Shown one piece after another: positions 16,857 through 30,039 of a DNA stretch of 57,780 bases. Location: the NCBI GenBank assembly GCA_035489715.1, contig DATHAP010000168.1, positions 1-57,780 of the forward strand, written 5' to 3'. The DNA is from Actinomycetes bacterium. Its GTDB lineage: Bacteria; Actinomycetota; Actinomycetes; JACCUZ01. Position numbers and translations under genes: made by a program. Below the pieces are notes generated by a model, which worked only from the letters and a program-made list of their open reading frames with translations, made no database searches and was not told the origin of the DNA. Within the stretch, counting starts at the first letter, position 1. Every line of letters starts with the position of its first letter.

Positions 16857-18014
16857 GTGACGCGTCACCACATCGCACGACGGCTGGACGGCCTCGGTAC
16901 GACGGTGTTCGCCGAGATGTCGGCGCTGGCGCTGGCGACCGGGTCGGTCAACCTCGGGCAGGGCTTCCCTGACACCGACGGTCCCCCGGAGGTCGCCGAG
17001 GCCGCGGTGCAGGCGATCCGCGGCGGCGCCAACCAGTACCCGCCCGGTCCGGGCATTCCCGACCTGCGGCTGGCGGTCGCCGAGCACCAACGCCGCTTCT
17101 ACGGCATCGAGCTCGACCCCGGCACCGAGGTCGTGGTGACGACCGGCGCGACCGAGGCGGTCGCCGCGGCCCTGTTCGGGCTTATCGACCCCGGCGACGA
17201 GGTGGTCGCGTTGGAGCCGTTCTACGACTCCTACGCGGCGTGCATCCAGATGGCGGGCGGGGTCCGGGTGCCGGTGACGCTGCGCGCACCCGACTTCCGG
17301 CTCGACGTCGACCGGCTCCGTGCCGCGGTGACCTCGCGGACCCGGCTGCTGCTGCTCAACACCCCGCACAACCCGACCGGCACCGTGCTCACGGAGGACG
17401 AGCTGACAGCGGTCGCCGAGCTGGCGGTGGAGCGTGACCTCGTGGTGGTGACCGACGAGGTCTACGAGCACATGGCGTTCGACCGGCCGCACCGGCCGCT
17501 CGCGACGTTCCCGGGCATGGCCGAGCGGACGCTCACCATCAGCTCGGGTGGCAAGACGTTCTCGTTCACCGGTTGGAAGGTCGGCTGGGCGTCCGGGCCG
17601 GCCGCCCTGGTGCGGGCGGTGCTGACGGCCAAGCAGTTCCTGACCTTCGTGTCCGGCGCGCCGTTCCAGCCGGCGGTGGCGGTCGGCCTGCGGCTGCCCG
17701 ACGCGTACTTCACCGGCCTCCGCGACGGGCTGCATGCCAAGCGTGACCGGCTGGTCGAGGGGCTGCGGGCGGGTGGCCTGACGCCGTACGTCCCCGAAGG
17801 CACCTACTTCGTCACCGCCGACGTCCGCCCGCTCGGCTACCAGGACGGCGTGGAGTTCTGCCGCGAGCTGCCGCACAAGGTGGGCGTGGTGGCGATCCCG
17901 CACCAGGTGTTCTACGACGACGTCGAGGCCGGGCGGCCGCTGGTGCGCTTCGCGTTCTGCAAGCGCGACGAGGTGCTCGACGAGGCGGTCAGCCGGCTCG
18001 CTCGTCTGAGGTGA
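16857..18014 (+). CDS. Class I/II PLP-dependent aminotransferase (YbdL/DapC-like)
   Basis: It carries TTVFAEMSALA, NLGQGFPD and the PLP-lysine block SSGGKTFSFTGWKVGW. I trimmed the 493-aa ORF to GTG 16857. Confidence 0.9.
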   Translation: MTRHHIARRLDGLGTTVFAEMSALALATGSVNLGQGFPDTDGPPEVAEAAVQAIRGGANQYPPGPGIPDLRLAVAEHQRRFYGIELDPGTEVVVTTGATEAVAAALFGLIDPGDEVVALEPFYDSYAACIQMAGGVRVPVTLRAPDFRLDVDRLRAAVTSRTRLLLLNTPHNPTGTVLTEDELTAVAELAVERDLVVVTDEVYEHMAFDRPHRPLATFPGMAERTLTISSGGKTFSFTGWKVGWASGPAALVRAVLTAKQFLTFVSGAPFQPAVAVGLRLPDAYFTGLRDGLHAKRDRLVEGLRAGGLTPYVPEGTYFVTADVRPLGYQDGVEFCRELPHKVGVVAIPHQVFYDDVEAGRPLVRFAFCKRDEVLDEAVSRLARLR

Positions 18015-18804
18015 CGTCCTGGTCGGCGGTCGGACGCGCCACCCGCCGCCGCCGCACCTGGCGGCCGATCCCCGACCAGGCGCGGGCCGGCAGGTGCCGG
18101 GCCACGGCCACGATCGTCTTGTACTGCGCGCTCGGGACGCAGACCACGGTGCCGCGGGCCAGCGCGGCGAACGCCTCGTCGACGACCTCCTCGGCGTCCA
18201 GCCACAGCCAGTCCGGCGTGCGCCGCATGTCGATGCCGGCGCGCTCGTGGAGCTCGGTGTGCGTGAAGCCCGGGCACAGGGCGAGCACCCGCACGCCGGT
18301 GCCGGCCAAGTCGCCGGCGAGGCCCTGGGTGAAGGTCGTGACCCAGGCCTTGGCGGCGCTGTAGGTCCCCTGCGGCATGAACCCGGCGACCGACGAGACG
18401 TTGACGACCGTCCCGTGCCGGCGCTCGAGCATGCCGGGAACGGCCGCGCGGGTCAGCCGCAGCACGGCCCGGACGAGGACCCGCAGCATCCGCTCCTCGT
18501 CCTCGATGTCGCCGTTGACGAACCGGCGGTTGACCGAGAAGCCGGCGTTGTTGACCAGCACGTCCACCGGCCGGTCGCGGTCGGCGAGGCGGGCCTCCAC
18601 GTCCCGGCAGCCGTCGTCCTCGGCCAGGTCGGCGGCGAGGACCTCGACCTGGACGCCGTACGCCGCCCGGAGCTCGGACGCGAGGGCCTCGAGGCGCTGC
18701 CCGTCCCGCGACACGAGGACGAGGTCGTAGCGGTCGCGGGCCAGCCGGCGGACGAAGGCGTTGCCGATGCCGGCGGTCGAACCGGTGACGAGGGCGGTGC
18801 TCAC
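17989..18804 (-). CDS. SDR family oxidoreductase
   Basis: It has TGSTAGIGNAF (TGxxxGxG), NNAG and YSAAKAW (YxxxK). I trimmed the 695-aa ORF to GTG 18804. Confidence 0.9.
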   Translation of the reverse strand: MSTALVTGSTAGIGNAFVRRLARDRYDLVLVSRDGQRLEALASELRAAYGVQVEVLAADLAEDDGCRDVEARLADRDRPVDVLVNNAGFSVNRRFVNGDIEDEERMLRVLVRAVLRLTRAAVPGMLERRHGTVVNVSSVAGFMPQGTYSAAKAWVTTFTQGLAGDLAGTGVRVLALCPGFTHTELHERAGIDMRRTPDWLWLDAEEVVDEAFAALARGTVVCVPSAQYKTIVAVARHLPARAWSGIGRQVRRRRVARPTADQDVTSDERAG

Positions 18805-18875
18805 CCGGCCCAGTCTCGCAAACAGGCCTTGGACGAGGGCCGGGGCGGGGCCGAGCCGACTGCGGCCCTCGGGGC

Positions 18876-21464
<2,589 letters not shown>

Positions 21465-21484
21465 CGGGGTGCTTCCTTCGTGCG

Positions 21485-21871
21485 TCAGGTGCGGTCGGGG
21501 TGCTGGGGGCGCCACACGACGAGCGCGGTGCGGCGGTGGTCGGCGCGCGCCTGCTCGAGCTCGGCCTGCAGCTCGCGGACCCGGGCCTGCAGGGCCCGTA
21601 CCTGGTTCTCCAGCCCGAGCACCTGGCGCACGCCCTCGAGGCCGATGCCGAGGGAGCTCAGCCGCACCACCTCGCGCAGCACGGCGATGTCGTGCCGCGA
21701 GTATCGGCGGCCCCCGCCCGGAGTGCGGCCGGGCGAGACCAGACCGAGCCGGTCGTACTGCCGGAGGGTCTGAGCGTGCAGCCCGCTGAGCTCGGCGGCC
21801 ACCGAGATGACGAAGACCGGGGTGTGCTCGTCGCTCTCCCAGGCCCCGTCCCGGCCGGCGGTGAAGGGCAT
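21485..21871 (-). CDS. hspR: Heat-shock transcriptional repressor HspR (MerR family)
   Basis: The MerR HTH reads [47 protein letters not shown]. It is the fourth gene of the dnaK operon, and its ATG at 21871 abuts the dnaJ stop. Confidence 0.92.
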   Translation of the reverse strand: MPFTAGRDGAWESDEHTPVFVISVAAELSGLHAQTLRQYDRLGLVSPGRTPGGGRRYSRHDIAVLREVVRLSSLGIGLEGVRQVLGLENQVRALQARVRELQAELEQARADHRRTALVVWRPQHPDRT

Positions 21872-21872
21872 G

Positions 21873-23027
<1,155 letters not shown>

Positions 23028-23051
23028 CCGGCGTCCCTCCCCTCGGTCCTC

Positions 23052-23102
23052 TCGTGCTGGTCGTGCTGGTCGTGCTGGTCGTGCTGGTCGTGCTGGTCGT
23101 GG
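23052..23102. repeat. Perfect 9-bp tandem repeat, (GACCAGCAC)5 plus partial copies on the minus strand, in the grpE-dnaJ spacer
   Basis: Five identical copies of GTGCTGGTC occupy 23054-23098, flanked by partial units. The tract fills most of the 75-nt intergenic spacer. Confidence 0.95.
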
Positions 23103-23731
23103 CTACTGCTCCGGGTCGGCGACCGCGACCCGGGCCGGCCGGACCACCCGGTCGCCGAGCCGGTATCCGGGCTGGAAGACCTCGACGCAGGTCGGCTCCG
23201 CCACCTCCGCGGAGTGCGCGTGGGTGAGCGCCTCGTGCACGGTCGGGTCGAACGGGTCGCCCGCGACGCCGAAGCGCACCAGGCCGAGCCGCTCGACGGT
23301 CTGCTCGAGCGCCTCGCCGACCGACTTGAAGCCGCCCTCGAGCTCGCCGTGCTCGCGAGCCCGGCCGATGTCGTCCAGGACCGGCAGAAGGTTGGTGAGC
23401 ACGTTGGCCACCGCGGCCTCCCGGACGAGCTCGCGGTCACGGTCGACCCGGCGGCGGTAGTTGGTGTACTCGGCCTGCACCCGCTGCAGGTCGGCCGTGC
23501 GCTCGGCCAGCTGCTGCGCGGTGCCGTCCGTGTCGTCGGTGTCGTCGGTGTCGTCGGCCGGCGCGCCCTCCTCGAGGCCCTCGGCGGCGCCCGGCCCGTG
23601 TCCGGGACCCGCGGGGGCCGGGGGAGCGACGGCCTGCGCCGCCGGCTCCCGCAGCTGCCCGGTCTCGGGGTCGAGGCGGCGCTTGTCCCGGATGACCGGG
23701 CCCTCCTCGGGCGCCTGCTCGCGCGGATCGG

Positions 23732-23735
<4 letters not shown>
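23103..23735 (-). CDS. grpE: Nucleotide exchange factor GrpE
   Basis: It carries the GrpE signature ([18 protein letters not shown] ... [10 protein letters not shown]) and overlaps the dnaK stop by 4 nt. Confidence 0.95.
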
Positions 23736-25600
<1,865 letters not shown>

Positions 25601-25647
25601 GGCTGCTGTTCCTCCACCTGTCGAACGGGTGCGTGATCCCGACCCGG

Positions 25648-25668
25648 GTTGAGTCGGTAGGGCTCAAG
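25648..25668 (-). promoter_or_regulatory. HspR-associated inverted repeat (HAIR) operator, promoter-proximal copy
   Basis: The minus strand reads CTTGAGC-CCTACCG-ACTCAAC against the consensus CTTGAGT-N7-ACTCAAG. It abuts the -10 hexamer. Confidence 0.8.
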
Positions 25669-25695
25669 TATGCAGCCCGGCATCGTCAGGTGCAA
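25667..25695 (-). promoter_or_regulatory. dnaK operon promoter candidate (-35 TTGCAC, 17-nt spacer, -10 CATACT)
   Basis: The minus-strand read is TTGCAC(25695-25690)-N17-CATACT(25672-25667), lying between the two HAIR elements. Confidence 0.55.
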
Positions 25696-25700
25696 GAAAG

Positions 25701-25719
25701 TTGAGTCGACGTGACTCAG
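25701..25719 (-). promoter_or_regulatory. HAIR operator, distal copy
   Basis: The sequence is TTGAGT-CGACGTG-ACTCAG (palindromic), 10 nt from the stop of the upstream protease gene. Confidence 0.7.
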
Positions 25720-25728
25720 GTCACTCGG

Positions 25729-28128
25729 TCACGGCGTCCGCAGCGTCACCACCCGGCTGGTGCCGGCCGCCAGGTCGGCGCCCGGGCGCGCGCCCACCAC
25801 GACCCGCCAGGCCGACGGCCGCCGGCTGGGCATCCGCGCGGACAGCTCGTAGCCGCTCGCGGCCAGCCGGGCCCGGTCGACCGCCCGCCAGCCGCCGTCG
25901 GCCCGGCGTCGCTGCAGGGTGACGGTGCCCGAGCGGGCCGGGCGCACCTCGCCGCGGAAGACCGCCGTCTCCCCCACCCGCACGGTGCGGTCGACCGCGA
26001 GGGTCACCTGCTGGCGCACCGGCAGCCGGTGCGCCGGTGTGCGCACCCCCATCAGGGCGCCGCCGCCACCGAACACGACCGCGTAGGACCCCGTCCGCCG
26101 GGACGGGGACGACTCGGGCAGCGTGAAGCCGCCGGAGGAGCCGGTGCGGTCCTTGACCACCGTCTCCCACCGGCCGCTGCTCCCGCTCCGGTGGAGGAGT
26201 CGGACGGTGCGCCCGGCGACCTGCGAGCCGCCGGCGCCGACCAGCGAGCCCCGCAGCCGCAGGGTGCTGCCGTAGAGGACCGACTCGGGCCAGCGCACCC
26301 GCAGCGACGTACCGCCGAAGGTCCGCAGGACGGCCGGCGAGGTGCCGTCCGCGGTGACGGCCACCAGCCCCACGGTGTACGTCGTCCCGGACGCCAGCCC
26401 CTGCAGGTCGACCTGCCGGGCCGACGGCTCGATCGGCGCGAAGTCCTGACCCTTGACCGACGGGTGGATGTGCACCGCGTAGGAGCTGACCGGCGACGAG
26501 CCGGCGGTCCCCGGGGCGTCCCAGCTCAGCCGCACCGACCGGACGCCCGGCGTCATCGACACCGAGCGCGGGACCGACGGCCCGGCCCAGCGGGTGAGGC
26601 CGGTGGCCGTGACCGCGCCCTGCACCGAGGCGCAGTCGGCGGCGACGATGCCCGCCGCCCCGGTCGCCGCGAGGTTGGTGCAGGACTGCTGGAGGACGGC
26701 TGCCAGGTCGCCGAAGTCGGCCGCCGGGGTCAGCGACTGGAGCGCGGTCCAGTAGAGGAGCGCCGCCTTGTCGGGGCCGATGCCCGGGAAGGCCACGCCG
26801 TTGAAGGCCCCGCCCGGCTCGCCGGCCGTGCCGTCCACGACGAGATAGGCGGTCTTGTTCGGCACGCCGCTGTTGGTGTGCACCCCGCCGTTGTCGTCGT
26901 AGTCGGGGGCGAAGTCGTAGAGGGTGCTGGCCGTGTGGTCGGGCTGGCCGAACGCCGTGGGGTCGGCCATGTCGCGGGCGACGCCCCCGGCCCGCGGCGA
27001 GAGGTCCTCGCCCAGCAGCCACCGGACCTCCGGAGCGTCGTTTCCGGTCCCGTCGGCCAGGTCGACCAGCTCGCCGATGACGTCGGACATCGACTCGTTG
27101 ATGGCACCGGACTGGAACCAGTAGATGAGTCCCGCGGTGTTCTGGCTGACGCCGTGGCCGAGCTCGTGGGCGACCACGTCGTCGGCTGCGGCGAAGCCGG
27201 TGCCGTAGACCATCTGGTCACCGGTCCACGCGGCGTTGTCGAACGGGCACCCCTCGGCCAGGCAGTAGCGGGTGGTCGACCGCACCTTGCGCCCGTCGCC
27301 ACGGTCGTAGCCGATCAGCGCCGTCAGGTCCACGCCGAGCCTGGTCGCGAACCAGCCCGCGGTCGCCCCGGTGTTGTCGAAGGCCTGGTCCACGTCGGCG
27401 ACGCCGGTCGCGGGCTGCCCCTCGACCCGGTCGTAGCGGCCGGCCTTGCACACGTAGTCGGCGGACGGCACCAGCGCCGCGTCGCACACCACCCGGTCCA
27501 GCTCGGCGACCTGGTCGACCTGGAGCAGCACGGACCCGGTCCCGGCATCGACCAGCACCAGCTCGCGCACGTCGGGTCGGGCGGTCGAGGTCACCTCGAC
27601 CCGCCACACCGCCCGGGCGCCCGGGTCGCCGCCGGGCTGCAGCAGGGAGGCGTCGTAGAGCCACCGGCCCGGCCGGTCGGCGCGCAGGCTGCGCAGCGCC
27701 AGGTCGTGGGCTCGTGCCGTCACCGCGCGGGCGGTCCGTGCAGCACTGCTGGCCGTACGCCCGAAGGTCGCTGACGCGAGCCACGACGAGGCCTCGCCGG
27801 CGACGGACAGCACCCGCTCGCCGCGCACCGTGGTCACCAGCTGGGCGCCGATGACCGGCAGCCCGTCGAGGGTCTGCTGGAAGCGCACGATGTCCTGCCC
27901 GCCGGCTGCCGGCGTGCGGCGCAGCGCGCGCAGGCCCGAGTCCCGGGCCAGCCCGAGCGCGGCAGCGCGGCCGGCGAGGTGGTCACGGCCGACTGCGAAC
28001 GGGCCGCGGGCGGTAGCGGGGGCCGGCCGCCCGGCGCCGTCGGGGCCGACCGCGGCGGCCGTCACCGGCGCGGCGGAGAGGGTGGTCAGGGTCAGGACGC
28101 CGGCCAGCAGCAGCGGCAGCCTCGGCAC
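25729..28128 (-). CDS. Secreted M4 (thermolysin-family) zinc metalloprotease with C-terminal FN3/Ig-like domains
   Basis: It has a signal peptide (MPRLPLLLAGVLTLTTLSAAPVTA), the HEXXH motif VVAHELGHGV, the third-ligand block GAINESMSDVIGE, and an FN3-like segment (VRLSWDAPG...TTYTVGLVAVTADG). Confidence 0.9.
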   Translation of the reverse strand: MPRLPLLLAGVLTLTTLSAAPVTAAAVGPDGAGRPAPATARGPFAVGRDHLAGRAAALGLARDSGLRALRRTPAAGGQDIVRFQQTLDGLPVIGAQLVTTVRGERVLSVAGEASSWLASATFGRTASSAARTARAVTARAHDLALRSLRADRPGRWLYDASLLQPGGDPGARAVWRVEVTSTARPDVRELVLVDAGTGSVLLQVDQVAELDRVVCDAALVPSADYVCKAGRYDRVEGQPATGVADVDQAFDNTGATAGWFATRLGVDLTALIGYDRGDGRKVRSTTRYCLAEGCPFDNAAWTGDQMVYGTGFAAADDVVAHELGHGVSQNTAGLIYWFQSGAINESMSDVIGELVDLADGTGNDAPEVRWLLGEDLSPRAGGVARDMADPTAFGQPDHTASTLYDFAPDYDDNGGVHTNSGVPNKTAYLVVDGTAGEPGGAFNGVAFPGIGPDKAALLYWTALQSLTPAADFGDLAAVLQQSCTNLAATGAAGIVAADCASVQGAVTATGLTRWAGPSVPRSVSMTPGVRSVRLSWDAPGTAGSSPVSSYAVHIHPSVKGQDFAPIEPSARQVDLQGLASGTTYTVGLVAVTADGTSPAVLRTFGGTSLRVRWPESVLYGSTLRLRGSLVGAGGSQVAGRTVRLLHRSGSSGRWETVVKDRTGSSGGFTLPESSPSRRTGSYAVVFGGGGALMGVRTPAHRLPVRQQVTLAVDRTVRVGETAVFRGEVRPARSGTVTLQRRRADGGWRAVDRARLAASGYELSARMPSRRPSAWRVVVGARPGADLAAGTSRVVTLRTP

Positions 28129-28310
28129 GGGGCGGTCCCTTCATGCCGGTGTGCGGTCCTCAGGAGGCACGCGGGCGGGGCGGAGGTGGAAGGCGACGAA
28201 CGCCACGACCACGGGCGATCGGGACGTTTCCGCCAGGTTAGACGCGACATCGGCAGGTCCGCGGGGGAACTGCAGGCATCATCGGCCGCCGGGTCGGGCA
28301 GGGTAGGCAC

Positions 28311-28598
28311 GTGGCAGCGAACCCCTCGATCGGCTGGCGGGTGCTCGGCACCGCCTCCGCGGTCCTCGCCGGCATCGCGGCGCGCAAGCTCATGGTGCGC
28401 GGCTGGCGTGCGCTCACCGGCGACAACCCACCGGCCAACCCGGCCGCACCGGGGACCAGGTGGCGGGAGGCGGTCCCCTTCGCGGTGGCGAGCGGCGCCG
28501 CGATGGGGCTGGCCCGGATGCTCGCCACCCGCAAGGCCGCCGGCTACTACCACCGGTCGACCGGGCACCTCCCGCCCGGGATGGAAGAGGTCACCTAG
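28311..28598 (+). CDS. DUF4235 domain-containing small membrane-associated protein
   Basis: The sequence WRVLGTASAVLAGIAARKLMVRGWRALTG...WREAVPFAVASGAAMGLARMLATR is typical of the family. Confidence 0.75.
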   Translation: MAANPSIGWRVLGTASAVLAGIAARKLMVRGWRALTGDNPPANPAAPGTRWREAVPFAVASGAAMGLARMLATRKAAGYYHRSTGHLPPGMEEVT

Positions 28599-28663
28599 CC
28601 ACGTCGACCGAGCACCACCCCGGACCTCTTGCCCGGGTTCGCCCTGGTTGAGAGGGTCGCGGG

Positions 28664-29851
28664 ATGACCTCGAGGACCCTGCCGCCCCGCTCCGCCGCCG
28701 CCGCGCTCGCCGTCGCCGCCCTCCTCGCGCCCGCCGTGGCCGGGACGCCGGCCGCTGCGGTGTCCGACCGGGCCCGCCAGCCGCACCTGGCCTACGCCGG
28801 TGAGTCGACGCTGGCCGCCGGCCTCACCTTCGAGGGCACCGTCGTGGGCGGGCTGTCGAGCATCACGTACGACGTCGCGCGGGACCGCTACTACGCCCTG
28901 TCGGATGCCCAGCCCAACCTGGGCCAGGGACCGGTCCGCTTCTACACGCTCGCCGTCGACACCTCCGACGGCGCGCTGGACGCCGGCGACGTGCAGGTCG
29001 TCGACGTCACCGTGCTCACCGACGCGACCGGCGTGCCGCTGCAGGGCGGGACGGTCGACCCCGAGGGGCTGACACTGACGGCGCAGGGCACCCTGATCGT
29101 CACCTCCGAAGGGTTCGCCGTCCCGGCGACGTCGACCACGGCGGCGCGACTCGTGGCTCCCTTCGTGCGCGAGTTCACCCTGGCCGGCCGTCAGATTCGG
29201 GAGGTCGCGCTGCCGCCGTACGTCACGCCGGACGGCGCCACCACCGGCGTCCGGCAGAACCTCGGCCTGGAGAGCGCCGCCGTCACGCCCGACGGCCGCC
29301 ACCTGCTCACCGGCTTCGAGAACGCGCTCGTCCAGGACGGTCCGGCGAGCACCCTCACCACCACCAGCGCGTCCCGGCTGCTCGACATCGAGCTGACGAC
29401 CGGTGACGTGCAGGGCGAGTACGTGTACCGGGACGACCGGGTCGCCGAGGCGCCGGTACCGGCCGGGGCGTTCACCGTCAACGGACTCGTCGAGCTGCTG
29501 CCCTTCAACCGGCGGTTCGGCCTGGCGATGGAGCGGTCGTTCTCGGTAGGCGCCGGCAACACCATCAAGCTCTACCGGTACGCCCTCGCGGGTGCCGACG
29601 ACGTCTCCGGGGTCGCCGACCTCGACCTCGCCGCACCGGTCCGCGAAGCGAGCAAGACACCGGTCCTCGATCTCGACGCGGTCGCCGGGAGCGAGGGGCT
29701 CACGCTCGACAACATCGAGGGCATGACGCTCGGGCCGCGGCTGCCGGACGGGAGCCGGGCGCTGCTGCTGGTCAGCGACAACAACTTCACCGCCGGTCAG
29801 GTGAGCCAGTTCCTCCTGTTCTCGGCTGACGGGGTGGGGCCCGCGGCATAG
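28664..29851 (+). CDS. Secreted esterase-like activity of phytase family protein
   Basis: A signal peptide is followed by GGLSSITYD...YYALSD, EGLTL, LESAAVTPDG, ENAL and NIEGMTL...LLLVSDNNF, matching the phytase-like beta-propeller family pattern. Confidence 0.8.
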   Translation: MTSRTLPPRSAAAALAVAALLAPAVAGTPAAAVSDRARQPHLAYAGESTLAAGLTFEGTVVGGLSSITYDVARDRYYALSDAQPNLGQGPVRFYTLAVDTSDGALDAGDVQVVDVTVLTDATGVPLQGGTVDPEGLTLTAQGTLIVTSEGFAVPATSTTAARLVAPFVREFTLAGRQIREVALPPYVTPDGATTGVRQNLGLESAAVTPDGRHLLTGFENALVQDGPASTLTTTSASRLLDIELTTGDVQGEYVYRDDRVAEAPVPAGAFTVNGLVELLPFNRRFGLAMERSFSVGAGNTIKLYRYALAGADDVSGVADLDLAAPVREASKTPVLDLDAVAGSEGLTLDNIEGMTLGPRLPDGSRALLLVSDNNFTAGQVSQFLLFSADGVGPAA

Positions 29852-29861
29852 GCTCGCAGGC

Positions 29862-30005
29862 GTGCTCCCCGCCCTGCGCGACCACCGCGGCAAGCCCTCG
29901 GCGCCCCTGCGCCTGGTGGCCGCGCTCGTCGTGCTCGGCATGCTGACCATCGCGGCCCCGGTCCTCGTCCCGCTCCTGCGCTGGGCGTCCGGGGCCTTGC
30001 TCTAG
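29862..30005 (+). CDS. Small (47 aa) single-TM protein; below the ORF-track size cut-off
   Basis: GTG...TAG encodes VLPALRDHRGKPSAPLRLVAALVVLGMLTIAAPVLVPLLRWASGALL. Every one of the 47 codons ends in G or C, and the ORF fills the phytase-like/LAL gap. Confidence 0.4.
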   Translation: MLPALRDHRGKPSAPLRLVAALVVLGMLTIAAPVLVPLLRWASGALL

Positions 30006-30039
30006 CCAGACCAGCCGCCCGAGCCGAGGCCGAGGGGAC

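Noticed and set aside
23052-23102. A possible CRISPR array, considered also for the repeats at 51932-51985 and 53752-53794.
   Set aside because: The units are 9 nt (or 20 nt present only twice) and directly abut with no spacers of 25-40 nt. There are no cas genes in the window.
28129-28310. A possible riboswitch or sRNA in the 182-bp divergent spacer between the M4 protease and DUF4235 genes, and in the spacer at 55716-55911.
   Set aside because: I could find no recognisable conserved riboswitch core, strong hairpin or terminator by eye. A covariance-model scan would be needed before making any claim.
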